DNA of 63,425 nucleotides, the filler included, from Blastocystis sp. subtype 4 (taxonomy: Eukaryota), in NCBI RefSeq assembly GCF_000743755.1. It is 32 parts of 32 records of this genome, joined end to end, with 100 filler letters (N's around TTAATTAATTAA, not from the genome) between each part and the next. Parts side by side here need not be neighbours in the genome. Positions count along the whole stretch, not along the records: positions 38,042 to 39,851 come from NW_014568786.1; positions 39,952 to 41,724 come from NW_014568785.1; positions 41,825 to 43,593 come from NW_014568784.1; positions 43,694 to 45,465 come from NW_014568783.1; positions 45,566 to 47,297 come from NW_014568782.1; positions 47,398 to 49,114 come from NW_014568781.1; 26 more parts are not named here. One strand, 5' to 3'. Each line of letters begins with the position of its first letter. Within the stretch, counting starts at the first letter, position 1. Shown piece by piece: positions 38,042 through 49,214 of the stretch. The notes beneath the pieces were generated by a model that was not told the origin of the DNA, made no database searches, and saw only the letters and a list, made by a program, of their open reading frames with translations. The position numbers and the translations under genes are program-made.

Positions 38042-39274
38042 ACAGTTCCTGCAGGAACTCAATTCACATTCATCAGACAAGAAGAAGAAGAATCAGGTGT
38101 TGAACCACATGTGTTTACCTTAACTCAAAGTTCTACGTGTACAAATGGTGGAGCTTCCTCTGGATTACTTAGTCAAATCAGAGGGTTGATTGGTAGTTAC
38201 TATAATAACATTGGTGGTGATTTTGCATTCACTTCATTTCTGATTTATGGTAAAGCTCATTGTTCATCTATTCGAGCTGGAGGATCTTATGGTGTTTTCA
38301 AGTTTGGAAGAGCAGGAGAAGGAAGTCCTGAATTGTTGGATTATGTAACACTACCAGAAACATTCCTTTCTTCAGAATGGTATGTATTCAACAAAGTGAA
38401 TCCCACATTCACACTTCCTAAAGGATACTATACTCAAGAAGAGGAATGTTCATATGTCAAATCAAGTGTTGAATCTTTGAATGTGTGGGGTACAGTGATT
38501 AATAAACCATGTTGGAGTACTGTATTAGAAAGAAGGATTCAAAGGAATACAGGTGCTACATGCTGTTCATTGACATCTCATAATCCATTGTGGTTAGTGT
38601 ATGAAGTTAACAATCAAATATTCAATACTGGATTATATACAAGTCTAAATCTTCATTTCATAGATCCAAATGAAGATATCAAGATGAATGTTAATCAACT
38701 TGAATACACAGGACCAGATGGGACATCTTGGATGGTTGGATTCACATCTCAACCTACTACACAAGAAGATTGTGTTGAACAGATGAATGCGATGTTTGCA
38801 AGCAAGGGATTAGCGATCTCATGGAAGAAACAAGAAACATGTTACTCAATTGTAGCTGATGAACCATTCAAACTTGGTGGATCATTCTTCTCAAATAGTC
38901 TATTGAAATCAATCAAACCAGGACATAACCAGACATCCCAAGTATGGACATGGAATTACTACAATGATGCTGTTTATGAGATTAGTGGATATGAAACCAT
39001 TATGTCAAAGAAGGTTATCAACATCACAAATAGTAAGGAAGTGGCAAAGGTGTATTGTGATCTTGTGAAGAGTTATCATAGTTGTGATTGTTTGTTGACA
39101 AATCTTCATATTGTGGATTTGAAGAAGAACTACAGTTCATCACTGGAGTTGATTCCTATCAAAACATCCTTCAGAACAATCTCTGTAAAGGTAAGAGATC
39201 TAGATGATAAGGATTATTCATTTGCAGGAACCATCTATTTGAACATGTTGATATCATCTCTTCAACAGGATTGA
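38042..39274 (+). CDS. Large intronless penton (minor capsid)-like protein with insertion domain, 5'-truncated
   Basis: FTLPKGYYT and C-terminal INIT..KVYCDLV..LLTNL..IPIK..RTISVKVRDLDDKDYSFAGTIYLNMLI, the pattern of Polinton/adintovirus pentons. Confidence 0.65.
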   Translation, partial: TVPAGTQFTFIRQEEEESGVEPHVFTLTQSSTCTNGGASSGLLSQIRGLIGSYYNNIGGDFAFTSFLIYGKAHCSSIRAGGSYGVFKFGRAGEGSPELLDYVTLPETFLSSEWYVFNKVNPTFTLPKGYYTQEEECSYVKSSVESLNVWGTVINKPCWSTVLERRIQRNTGATCCSLTSHNPLWLVYEVNNQIFNTGLYTSLNLHFIDPNEDIKMNVNQLEYTGPDGTSWMVGFTSQPTTQEDCVEQMNAMFASKGLAISWKKQETCYSIVADEPFKLGGSFFSNSLLKSIKPGHNQTSQVWTWNYYNDAVYEISGYETIMSKKVINITNSKEVAKVYCDLVKSYHSCDCLLTNLHIVDLKKNYSSSLELIPIKTSFRTISVKVRDLDDKDYSFAGTIYLNMLISSLQQD

Positions 39275-39370
39275 AGCTTTGCTAATTCATTTTACTACAA
39301 GAACATAATGTTCTTCTTTTCTACGTAGTAGAAATTAGCTTTGCTAATTCATTTTACTTGTAGTAAAATG
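39275..39370. promoter_or_regulatory. Intergenic direct and inverted repeats ending at an ATG
   Basis: 22-bp direct repeat 39275-39296/39337-39358; CATTTTACTACAA (39288-39300) is the reverse complement of TTGTAGTAAAATG (39358-39370). Confidence 0.6.
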
Positions 39371-39851
39371 CTATTCAGTACAAACAATGATAAAGCAATA
39401 TCAATCAATGATCCAGAAGCTGTGTATAAGAAGATTTCAGATCCAAGTTGGAAGGCACTATTCAACACAATTCAATCGAATGGTTGGCTGGGCAAACTGA
39501 TTTCTTCTATGATCATGCGATAGATAGTGATGTGATTGTAGCTGTTCAACAACCTGTTAACAATGCCAAAGTGGTTGGTATACTGGAAGGATATACAGCG
39601 ACAAATCACACATTTTCAGATAGAGACAATGATCTGAAAGATGATAATGGATTTGTGCATGAAAGTGAAGCATTAATCCAGTGTCTAACAGAGAACAATC
39701 TACTTGATCAACAACTCCAAGTGTTCCACAAAGTGAATAAGGATCATCCACATCGAATTGTATGGTCTAATGATCAGATAACTGAGAAGATATTCTATGC
39801 ATCTGATTATCACTTCAAGGAATGTTATTATGTCATTGTGAATGATACTCA
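39368..39851 (+). pseudogene. Intronless hypothetical element gene, one frameshift, 3'-truncated
   Basis: MLFSTNNDK... shifts near 39490 into TDFFYDHAIDSDVIV... Confidence 0.45.
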
Positions 39852-39951
39852 NNNNNNNNNNNNNNNNNNNNNNNNNNNNNNNNNNNNNNNNNNNNTTAAT
39901 TAATTAANNNNNNNNNNNNNNNNNNNNNNNNNNNNNNNNNNNNNNNNNNNN

Positions 39952-40206
39952 CAGATGGCTGAAAGAGTATTTGGAGTGACTGAAGGAACTGTTGAAGAGA
40001 AGGCTCGAACTTGCATTCAAATGATTGATGATTTCTATTCGAAGGATTTGAGTGTTCCTACTCATATTAGTGAATGTGATTGTAGTCAAGACAAGGCATG
40101 GATTGATGAAGTTCATGCTAAGTTCACTGCTGGCAGTGTTCGTCTTGGTGAGGATGGAGATATTGATGCTGATGTTGCTTGTGATATCATTCGTAATAGT
40201 TATTAG
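39952..40206 (+). CDS. Iron-containing alcohol/butanol dehydrogenase, C-terminal fragment
   Basis: AERVFGV..AR.CI..FY..L.VPT.ISE...LGEDGDIDAD resembles the YqhD/BDH C-terminus. Confidence 0.7.
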   Translation, partial: QMAERVFGVTEGTVEEKARTCIQMIDDFYSKDLSVPTHISECDCSQDKAWIDEVHAKFTAGSVRLGEDGDIDADVACDIIRNSY

Positions 40207-40301
40207 AAATTGAGGTTGAAATTGTTTGTTGATATAGCAGATGGAAGTTTTGATAGAACTGTTGATTACTCAAAGATGTGACAATAAACATAAACAAGAA
40301 A

Positions 40302-41366
40302 TTAACTCCTCTTACAAGGAAATCCATTTGTATCAACAGAGGAACAGTGAAAAAGCCTCTCTCCTTGATTCTCCAGCAAGTCAGCAAACTGAATCACACT
40401 TATAAACTCAGTAGGCAATCCCTCTTTCCCTACATATGCACCTAAAATGTTACCACAGACTGCTGCTACGGAGTCGCTGTCTCCACTGTGATTGACACAT
40501 GCACACAAGGCCTCTTTAACATTTGTTCTATAACGCAGACAGCAATACAATGCTATCGCTAGATTTTCATCCGCTCTCCAACCCAGTCCCAACTTCTTGA
40601 TATCCATATAAGGATCCTCTTGAGGAGTTTCGCTCAATTCTACTCCCCTTTTCAGAACAGTGTAGAGGGGCAGACCATCAGGTTGTGTAAGAAGATATTG
40701 AAAGCAATGATCGATTGCAGGTTTCATTTCCTCACCTTGTAATAATAGAGCGATAAGCATGCACATAACTCCAGCAGATAAATAGGCAGAACTATGACCA
40801 TGGGTTAATGCAGCACAATCTCGACCTAACAGAAAAGCAAGTTTGGGATTCTTATAGCAATAGATCCCTATCGGAGCTGATCGCATGATTGTACCACATC
40901 GTACTCCCTCCGGTGCGGGATGATTAACTGAATACATTTCACCACTTAACAGAGCAGCAAAGGTTGAACCACCACGACACATTCGTTTATCAATTCCATT
41001 ATATTCTAACAATTCATTCTTTTCCAATTCTTCTTTTAAATACATGTTTTCATACAAGGAAACGACATTCTCGTTCACTAAGGAGTTAATCCAACGCAAA
41101 TAAGATTTATGTACTTCTTGAACTGTTTCCAAATAGTTACATCCCTTTTCATATGCATGTAATAACCCCTGTGCAGTATAGATTGTCATCTGTGTATCGT
41201 CTGTGATTAACGAAATTCCATCTGTAGTTTCCATGTGATCAAGTCCCTTCTCACCATAGATTTTCACAATCGTTGAATACGACTTATGCTCCACAGGGTA
41301 ACCTAGAGCATCACCACAAGCTCCTCCAAGTAGCGATCCAATGATTCGTGACTGAACTGTGGGCAT
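40302..41366 (-). CDS. ADP-ribosylglycohydrolase family protein (intronless)
   Basis: GGACGDALGYPVE, TDDTQMT, MRSAP, THGH, VNHSGDSDS motifs. Confidence 0.93.
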   Translation of the reverse strand: MPTVQSRIIGSLLGGACGDALGYPVEHKSYSTIVKIYGEKGLDHMETTDGISLITDDTQMTIYTAQGLLHAYEKGCNYLETVQEVHKSYLRWINSLVNENVVSLYENMYLKEELEKNELLEYNGIDKRMCRGGSTFAALLSGEMYSVNHPAPEGVRCGTIMRSAPIGIYCYKNPKLAFLLGRDCAALTHGHSSAYLSAGVMCMLIALLLQGEEMKPAIDHCFQYLLTQPDGLPLYTVLKRGVELSETPQEDPYMDIKKLGLGWRADENLAIALYCCLRYRTNVKEALCACVNHSGDSDSVAAVCGNILGAYVGKEGLPTEFISVIQFADLLENQGERLFHCSSVDTNGFPCKRS

Positions 41367-41628
41367 TAAATGAAAGATTTAGAGAGTAAAACCAATTCCA
41401 ACAATAGCATCAATATGTGATTAAAATGTATTCTTTTCACTTTATGACTTCATAACCAGAGAAGAAATAGGCGAGAAGTATTGTGAGTAAATAGAACACT
41501 ACATCATGATAGTACACGAGATTAGCATTCTTAATCATCATTGAATTCTAGAAATCAATCAACTCATCCCCGTGGAACTAATGATACACCTTTGGAAGTC
41601 AAACAATTATTAGTATTCTATCACAATA

Positions 41629-41724
41629 ATGTCTATTCTTAATTTCAACTATCAGAATCCCACTCGTATCATCTTCGGTCAGGGACAAATTGCTGAAATA
41701 TCAAACTACATTCCCAAGGATAAA
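41629..41724 (+). CDS. Iron-containing alcohol/butanol dehydrogenase, N-terminal fragment
   Basis: MSILNFNYQNPTRIIFGQGQIAEISNYIPKDK. Confidence 0.8.
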
Positions 41725-42939
41725 NNNNNNNNNNNNNNNNNNNNNNNNNNNNNNNNNNNNNNNNNNNNTTAATTAATTAANNNNNNNNNNNNNNNNNNNN
41801 NNNNNNNNNNNNNNNNNNNNNNNNAAGTATGATGAGTTTGTTACAAACATGATTACTAAAAGAGATATCTATTGATTCACACAATAGTGAAATGATTATC
41901 ACAAGTATGTGAAGTGATATCGATCTTCACTACAACACTATTGATTGTCAAATCGATATCATCTGGAATGATATCAACTATATCATTCACTCAATCTGAT
42001 TCACCATCTGCTATCACAGTACTTATCACTTATTCACTTAATCGAATACAATTCTTCATCTTCATTCAAAGGCAAAATGCATCAATGAAGTCAGAACAGA
42101 GATGGCTGCTCTTACATTTCATTTCACTCATTCCTTGGATTTCTTCAATCTACTGCTGTTGATTCTAGATTATTGTATTTGTCTCTATCTTGTATTGAGT
42201 TCATGTATTCTCATCCCTCATGGATTGATCCAATCTGATCAAAGGAATGGTAATATGATGTTTCTGACACTTTGTCCATCCTCATCACCATTCCTAACTC
42301 CAATTCGGATGATATCTCCTTTTTGTTTGTTATCATATCAATAGAAGAATTGAACAATCTGAGGGAGGATCAATGAATGGAAGTTGTATGTGTTGAGATC
42401 ATTCTTTGAAGGGATTATCTCTACTCACATATACTATTCAATATCTTTACATACTATCATCTACTCTATGCATTTTGACATTGTTAGTGATTGTTTGTAA
42501 TCCTGTTATCATCATCATCTCATCTATATCCATCATTCCATTATCATTCCATCATTTTTGTACTTCATTCTATTATACAAATGTTGTTATGAGGTGGGAA
42601 ACAACAAATGATTCCATTTGTATTCTGAATATGATAGTCTCATCACCTCTTTAACTAATTACTTCCTACTACCACACCTTCTGTTATCATTCATCATAAT
42701 CTCTTCAGAAACAGTCATATTATCACTCAACTTGAGAATTCAAGATTCACAGATTATCCTTATTCATTATGTTGGTATCATACAATGAATCACATCATCA
42801 GTTGATTGTCTTATCTCAACTCTACACACAACAGAACAACACATTTAGTGGATAATCACTTACAGGTCTAGAAATCAATGATCTTTGTATTTCAACAAAC
42901 AAATGGACTAGACATAAGAACTTCGGCTTCGAATAAACG

Positions 42940-43593
42940 ATTCAAGAGCAACAGCATCTACATCTTATCTTCAAGTGTTAATCACACTCGTTGCATTCAA
43001 TTCATAAACACTAGCAAATTGATAATCACCACTGCTAGTGATAATACCTGAGGAAAGAATTGGAATATCTACTCTCAACTCAATTCATTACTCATACTCT
43101 CCAAAACAACAGATCCAATATACCTGAAACAATACGAAGGGATTCGCATTGACACAAGAAGACTCAGATCTAATCATCATTCTTGCTTCTATTCATCACT
43201 CTTCATTGTTAGAGTGTTTCGATAATTGAAAGGAGCTGTGCTATTCGATTTACGATCATCTCTCAAATCCCCTTGAAATGCTCCTTCAAACAGATACATG
43301 GATTGAAAACATGTCAGATCTGATTATTACTCCTTCATTCAATCATTACTCTCAAATCGAACTGAATGACAACCACCAAATGAATATCTTCCAATAGATA
43401 TGGATTCAAGTGAAGGTAAGTCTTTCAATCATTTGTCACACTCATTCTTACCAATCAAATCAACATCATAAGCATAATAGAAGTTATAAGATACATCAAC
43501 AGTTCCAATGGAGATGGTTCTGAGTTGAGGAAGATTGGATAGATCGAATACACAATAATCAGAGAATGAATATCGTCCAATAATCAATTCTCT
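42940..43593 (-). pseudogene. LRR (BspA-like) gene fragments
   Basis: DLPSLES.., VQFES and DL..LQS exon-intron units like other LRR genes in the window. Confidence 0.35.
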
Positions 43594-44020
43594 NNNNNNN
43601 NNNNNNNNNNNNNNNNNNNNNNNNNNNNNNNNNNNNNTTAATTAATTAANNNNNNNNNNNNNNNNNNNNNNNNNNNNNNNNNNNNNNNNNNNNGAACTGA
43701 TTCTTGGTTATGATAATCAGAAGAGAATGAATTGGAATTGATTACTGTTAAGAACCAATTGATGAACAGAAGAACAACAATCAATCTCATTCTCTCAAAC
43801 TATCATTTTGGTGTATTTCTTTTCTTTTCTATCGATTTCTTTCTGAATCATAATTTGTATTCTATTGTAATTATCCATTCTTAATAAGCAATGAATATGG
43901 TGTCGGTTAACTAGTAATAATCTGTATTCTCAACTCCATCTTGAATTACTAGTCAGAGAACAATTTGTCTACATGAACTGATTGTAGAAAACAAAGTACA
44001 ATAACATATAAGTGAACACT

Positions 44021-45110
44021 TCATTGACAAAACACCTCTTTTGTGTTCATTCTTCCTAGAATATCAGCAAGTGTATTGTTCACAATTATCCGATTATATA
44101 TCCAATCTCTTTCCACATACTTGTCCATACTCTTTTCAGCTGCATCTTCACCTAAATGATACGAATTGAATATTGTTCCATCAATGATTGACATATTATG
44201 AGTTCGAGTGTACAAAGGCTTTGTCAACTGTCCATCGTCCTATCACAACATCAGGAAAACTGTCAAAAGGATAAGAATGTGGAATAATGAATACATCCTA
44301 TGATCAATGAATCCTCACACACATACCACAGCTCTGATATGTCTCAACTTCACAATTTCATGGCTTCTAGCTAATTCATCATTGTCCATTCTTGTTGTAA
44401 CATTTCTAGCATCAATGATGTATTTAGTCTCATACACTCGACTACATAACAACCACTATNNNNNNNNNNNNNNNNNNNNNGATAATAGGCTTCTGCTGCT
44501 TGAAGAATCTTATTATGGACAAAGATATCAGCATTAATGTATGTGTAGAGTCTTGTATGAGATACTTTCATTGCATCGAGGAACAGATACTTCAAGAAGG
44601 GCAATCCATATTCATTGTGATGAATGATTCGTTCTTCAATGAATCCAAACTCCTTTGCAACTCTCATTGTGAATGTATCATTGGTGAAAACAACCACATT
44701 GATTCCATAGATTCTTCTGTACATAGCCAAGAGTGTGAGAATAGTGTATTCCTTACAAGTATTACCATGCAAACAGCACAATGAAAGACTCTTCACACTA
44801 ACAATGACAGTATTCGACAAAGAGTATTTGGGAGCTATGAATCAGACACCATTGTTACAATACACCTGTTAGAATGTGTGAGGTGGCATTAGCATTTCGT
44901 TCAGCACATACGAATTGCTCCTCATCAACAGGATATGTGTTTCTAATGATAATGATCCTTCAATAGTACAATAATGATACATTCACTGTCCGAGAAGAGA
45001 TAGAGATAATCTCTTGATCATTCAGATACAACAACAACTGCATTTGGTAAAGGACCAGAGATGATAATGCTAGTGATAGAAACCAAACCATTCTAGAGAG
45101 TTGCATATTC
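44021..45110 (-). CDS. Putative nucleotide-sugar transferase-like membrane protein, spliced
   Basis: NEYGLPFL...YTYINADIFV; paralog of 23632-24788. Confidence 0.55.
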
Positions 45111-45565
45111 ATTTCAGAAATAGTATCAGACATGTATTAATGATTGTTTGTTCATAATACTCCTCTTTGTGATTCAGTTGTTTCATATCTGATAAAGAGA
45201 TGGAACCAATCATTAGGAATAGATTCAAACAGAGTTATCAGATTACTCCAGCAGTTGCTCGATATTGCTGTAGAAGTGAATAAGAGTGTTTGAAATACCC
45301 AATCATTCACAAAGACATATCAAATGATGAAATGAAAGTGTTTTGGAGTTTTATCCTTCATTGAGAATGTTTGAGTGTCAATTATGATTTCATCGTGAAC
45401 AGATTGATTCTTTGTTTCAAACACTTCAAAACACAGTTCGATATCGTTTCAATGCTTCTTCCTTANNNNNNNNNNNNNNNNNNNNNNNNNNNNNNNNNNN
45501 NNNNNNNNNTTAATTAATTAANNNNNNNNNNNNNNNNNNNNNNNNNNNNNNNNNNNNNNNNNNNN

Positions 45566-45621
45566 AGCAACGCAAGGAGCGTATTGCTGCTAAGAAGGCT
45601 GCTATGGCTGAAGAGGAATAA
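45566..45621 (+). CDS. RPL5: 60S ribosomal protein L5 (uL18), C-terminal fragment
   Basis: QRKERIAAKKAAMAEEE*, followed by TGTTTGTT. Confidence 0.5.
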
Positions 45622-45822
45622 GGAAGTTGTGAAGATTGTGTTTGTTGGAAGGAATGCTGTTTTCCACAACCTGATTGTTAGGAACACTTGTTTGTAGATG
45701 TACGCACATTATGATGGATGTTACCTGTACTGAGTATCAATATCTAATTCATCCACATTCTTATTCCTTCATCGTTACTCTTGCGCCATTGCGACACCCC
45801 AATTTCGGCTCCCAATAATCCC

Positions 45823-47037
45823 ATGGACATACTCTTCAAAGAAACGATGATAGAGAGTGTGAAGAGATTCTTTGGATTAGTTAAAACCCCTACTCAACTA
45901 GTTGACAGAATGCACTTCGAGTTTCGAGTGATGGACGGAGAAGAAACTACAGAAAAGCCAAGGAAAGTAATCTTTCTTGATTCCTATTAGCAAACAGATT
46001 CTTCGACGATTCACACAAATGCGTGACTACTTAATCGGAGCAGTGAGTATGGAACTCATTTTCTAATGAATAGTATTCCAAGACGCCGAACATTGCTAAA
46101 TGCGAGGAGTTAGCAAATGCCACAATCGAAACTCATCTAACTCTTAAAGTTTTGCAACATTTCTCAAAACTCGATTTGGAAGTACAATTTTATTGGAAAT
46201 ATAATACTTAGGAACGTAAAATGTATGTAACAGTATTCAATATCCTCGTAACCAAAGATTATGTTCATTTCGCCACAGAGTACATGATGTCAGCAGAAGG
46301 AGCTCAAATTATTAAGCTTCTTTTAGATGGATATAGTGATAGTGCAATTGCCTTGAATTGCGGTATCATGTTGAGAGAATGTATCCAACAACGGTGTATT
46401 CACGAATATCTTCTCGATAACAGTGATCTAATTGAGCCTTTATTCACTGTCCATGCTTATTCACCAACCTTTGAGATTTCGAGTGATGCGTTTAGTACCA
46501 TTCAAGCCCTAATGCGTCGAAACAAGCAACTCGTAAGCAAGAAGATGAATGCTAATGGACCTCTATATAGTCGGGTGTTTGGTTGGTATGATAGCATGAT
46601 CAAAAGTGATGCATATGTAACCTGTCGAATGTCTCTCCAAGTAGGGTTATAAGAGTAGATGAACGTATAGCTGCTCAATGAATTTCTCCTTGACAAGGTA
46701 AATTTCGATATTATGATCGCCTATGTTGGAGATGTGAACCATCTAATTGGCATTATGAAAGTTTTACGCACTCCCCAAGCCACAATTCAATATGAAGCCT
46801 TCCATGTCTTCAAGGTGTTTGTAGCGAACCCTGATAAAACCGAAGATGTCACAGTGATTCTAAGGCAGAATTCTGAGAAGCTGATTGAGTATCTATCCCA
46901 TTTCCTTCCTGAACGAGGTAGGCTGTATTTGTTGGTTGTGATAAATAGATAACGAACAACAATTTGTAGAAGAAAAGAAGCTTCTGATCTCGATGTTGAA
47001 GAAACTGTCATCAACTCCACCGGCACCAGCAGAATAA
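45823..47037 (+). CDS. MO25/CAB39-like protein, complete, 5 short introns
   Basis: IALNCGIMLRECI, FEISSDAFST, IQYEAFHVFKVFVANPDK; introns 45967-45990, 46043-46073, 46182-46211, 46641-46670, 46918-46948. Confidence 0.93.
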
Positions 47038-47198
47038 AATTAGAACTTTTGTGTACTGTTTGTTTCAAGGAAAAGCAAGCAACTAATAATATAATTAATA
47101 CGTCCATTTATATGACATGGAAACAGAAATTAGGCCAATTATTACCAAAACTTGTGTGTGGAAAACCCTTGTGGTCAGAATTTGTTTGTTCTTTGAAG

Positions 47199-47297
47199 AT
47201 GCTGGTTGGAAATATTACAAATAGATCTCATTCGTAGGAACTCTACACATACGAAGGTAATAACCGTGCAATGATGGCTCTCATTGCTGCTCAGTAC
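47199..47297 (+). CDS. Elongation factor 1B-gamma (GST-like N-terminus), 5' fragment
   Basis: Spliced ML-ELYTYEGNNRAMMALIAAQY. Confidence 0.7.
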
Positions 47298-47649
47298 NNN
47301 NNNNNNNNNNNNNNNNNNNNNNNNNNNNNNNNNNNNNNNNNTTAATTAATTAANNNNNNNNNNNNNNNNNNNNNNNNNNNNNNNNNNNNNNNNNNNNCAT
47401 ATTCACTTCTATCATCAATACTCTTATCAATCTTCAATCAACTATCTTCATTCATTGAATAGAGAGATTCTCAAACACAACTCTATAACAATCAATTCAA
47501 TTGAGATAATCATCATGAAATCAATTTGATGAGGATCTGAATGAGAGAAAGAGTGATCAGTGAGATAGACTTGACTACTGAGAATCAACATTTCGAACTA
47601 TTCATCCTTATTGAATCCAACAACAAAATGATACTTGACTCATACAATA

Positions 47650-48012
47650 GGAGAAGTCTCATTTGTTCAAAACAAGATCATCAGTACTGGTGTGAAAGGA
47701 AAAGAATCAGTAGATGTATCAAATGGATTGAATTGTATTCGAATCTACAGTAATCTGGTAAAGCAAATGATATCATTTGAAACAAGTCCATTAGTAGATT
47801 GTATGATATATTCAACAATGGGATTGAACAATGTGTGTTCATTTAGTGATTTGAAGATGTGTGTAGTTCGTATGAGTGATTTGCATTGGTTTCAGTTTGA
47901 TGTGCATGATGGTGATGTTGAGTAGTATCAATCTCTTCAGACATCTACATCAACATCCTTCTAGTTGCATAGCAGCTGTGTAATCCCGATTAAACTAAAT
48001 GGGAAGGTTTAA
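47650..48012 (+). pseudogene. Penton-like C-terminal region, decayed
   Basis: VDVSNGLNCIRIYSNLVKQ...QFDVHD; homologous to 58194-58575. Confidence 0.6.
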
Positions 48013-48048
48013 TCAGTGATTCAAGTGTGTAAGATAGATAATCCACTT

Positions 48049-48232
48049 AGTGTAGTAGCTTACAAAGAAACAGGCTACTACACTAAAAGGCCATAAACTG
48101 GTTCATAAAGATTTGATTATGATTATAAGGGTTTACTGACTATATTATTTATGGAGTGGTAGCCTGTTTTTCATTCATTCAAAGTGTTTGTTGGAATTTC
48201 GGATAAGCTATTGTTTTGGAGGCTACTACACT
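48049..48232. repeat. TGTAGTAG palindromic repeat unit, second copy
   Basis: AGTGTAGTAGCTTACAAAGAA..GGCTACTACACT matches 2641-2676; unit bounded by AGTGTAGTAGC/GCTACTACACT. Confidence 0.85.
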
Positions 48233-48254
48233 GCAACAATCAACACAAGTCTAT

Positions 48255-48540
48255 ATTGTGGTCACATTACTGACACCAATCACGGTTTTGTCGATGCATT
48301 ACTAACAATCTATCTTCTTTGTTTTTATCCTATTATTATGTTGTGCAAATTAGGATATATTTTTATCACATAACTTGCGGTTGTTCGTCACCCCTTTAAC
48401 TGATCATCAATTAGTATCAGATTGTTGTTCACACTATTTGACCATGTACATAACTATTGATTCAATCATTTTGGTGTCAGTTTTTCAGGTCGAAGGTAAC
48501 CGAACTACAGAATCGGCTGTATTCGACCTGAAAAACACAT
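48255..48540 (+). mobile_element. Conserved non-coding module, copy 2, ending in a 15-bp-stem hairpin
   Basis: TTGCGGTTGTTCGTCACC core; inverted repeat GTTTTTCAGGTCGAA 48480-48494 / TTCGACCTGAAAAAC 48522-48536. Confidence 0.65.
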
Positions 48541-48629
48541 GGCTTCAGGCCTTTCATTCTCCATCTCTCCATTCTCAATACATCCTTTAACAATACGAAT
48601 TGGGATTAAGTACAGATAACAAACACTAT

Positions 48630-48980
48630 ATTCTGTAAACAAATGAGGATGACGAATTACAATCTTCTTCATATTCTCCTTTTGAGATTCAGAATACATT
48701 GTCATTGAATCATTCTTCACACCTGATTGTTTTGATGTGAATCTCTTGAAATGACCAACTCTCAAATCATCATAATGAAGGAAAAGGTGCTTCCCCCCAG
48801 AAAAGGTCCAATGAATAGTTACTATTCCATCAAATGATGAAAACACAACATTCTTCTTTCTATGGTCTCTGTCCACAAACACCTGGTAGGTGTATACATC
48901 GAATAGATCTCCTTTCACAAAGTGTTCTTCTCGATTCAAACAAGAATTGTTTCCATCTACCATAAACACATTCCACATCT
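48630..48980 (-). CDS. GT92-like protein, last exon (polyA-created stop predicted)
   Basis: KNVVFSS..TIH..LRVGHFK; paralog of 57739-58093. Confidence 0.5.
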
Positions 48981-49214
48981 ACATTGAAATCATAGTCATT
49001 TCATTACATGTGCATGATCATAACCAGAATTAATCAATGAAGATAGAATTGGTTTGAAATTGAAAGGACTTGATACACTATGAATGTATTCATCAACATC
49101 AACAAAGAATAGAGNNNNNNNNNNNNNNNNNNNNNNNNNNNNNNNNNNNNNNNNNNNNTTAATTAATTAANNNNNNNNNNNNNNNNNNNNNNNNNNNNNN
49201 NNNNNNNNNNNNNN

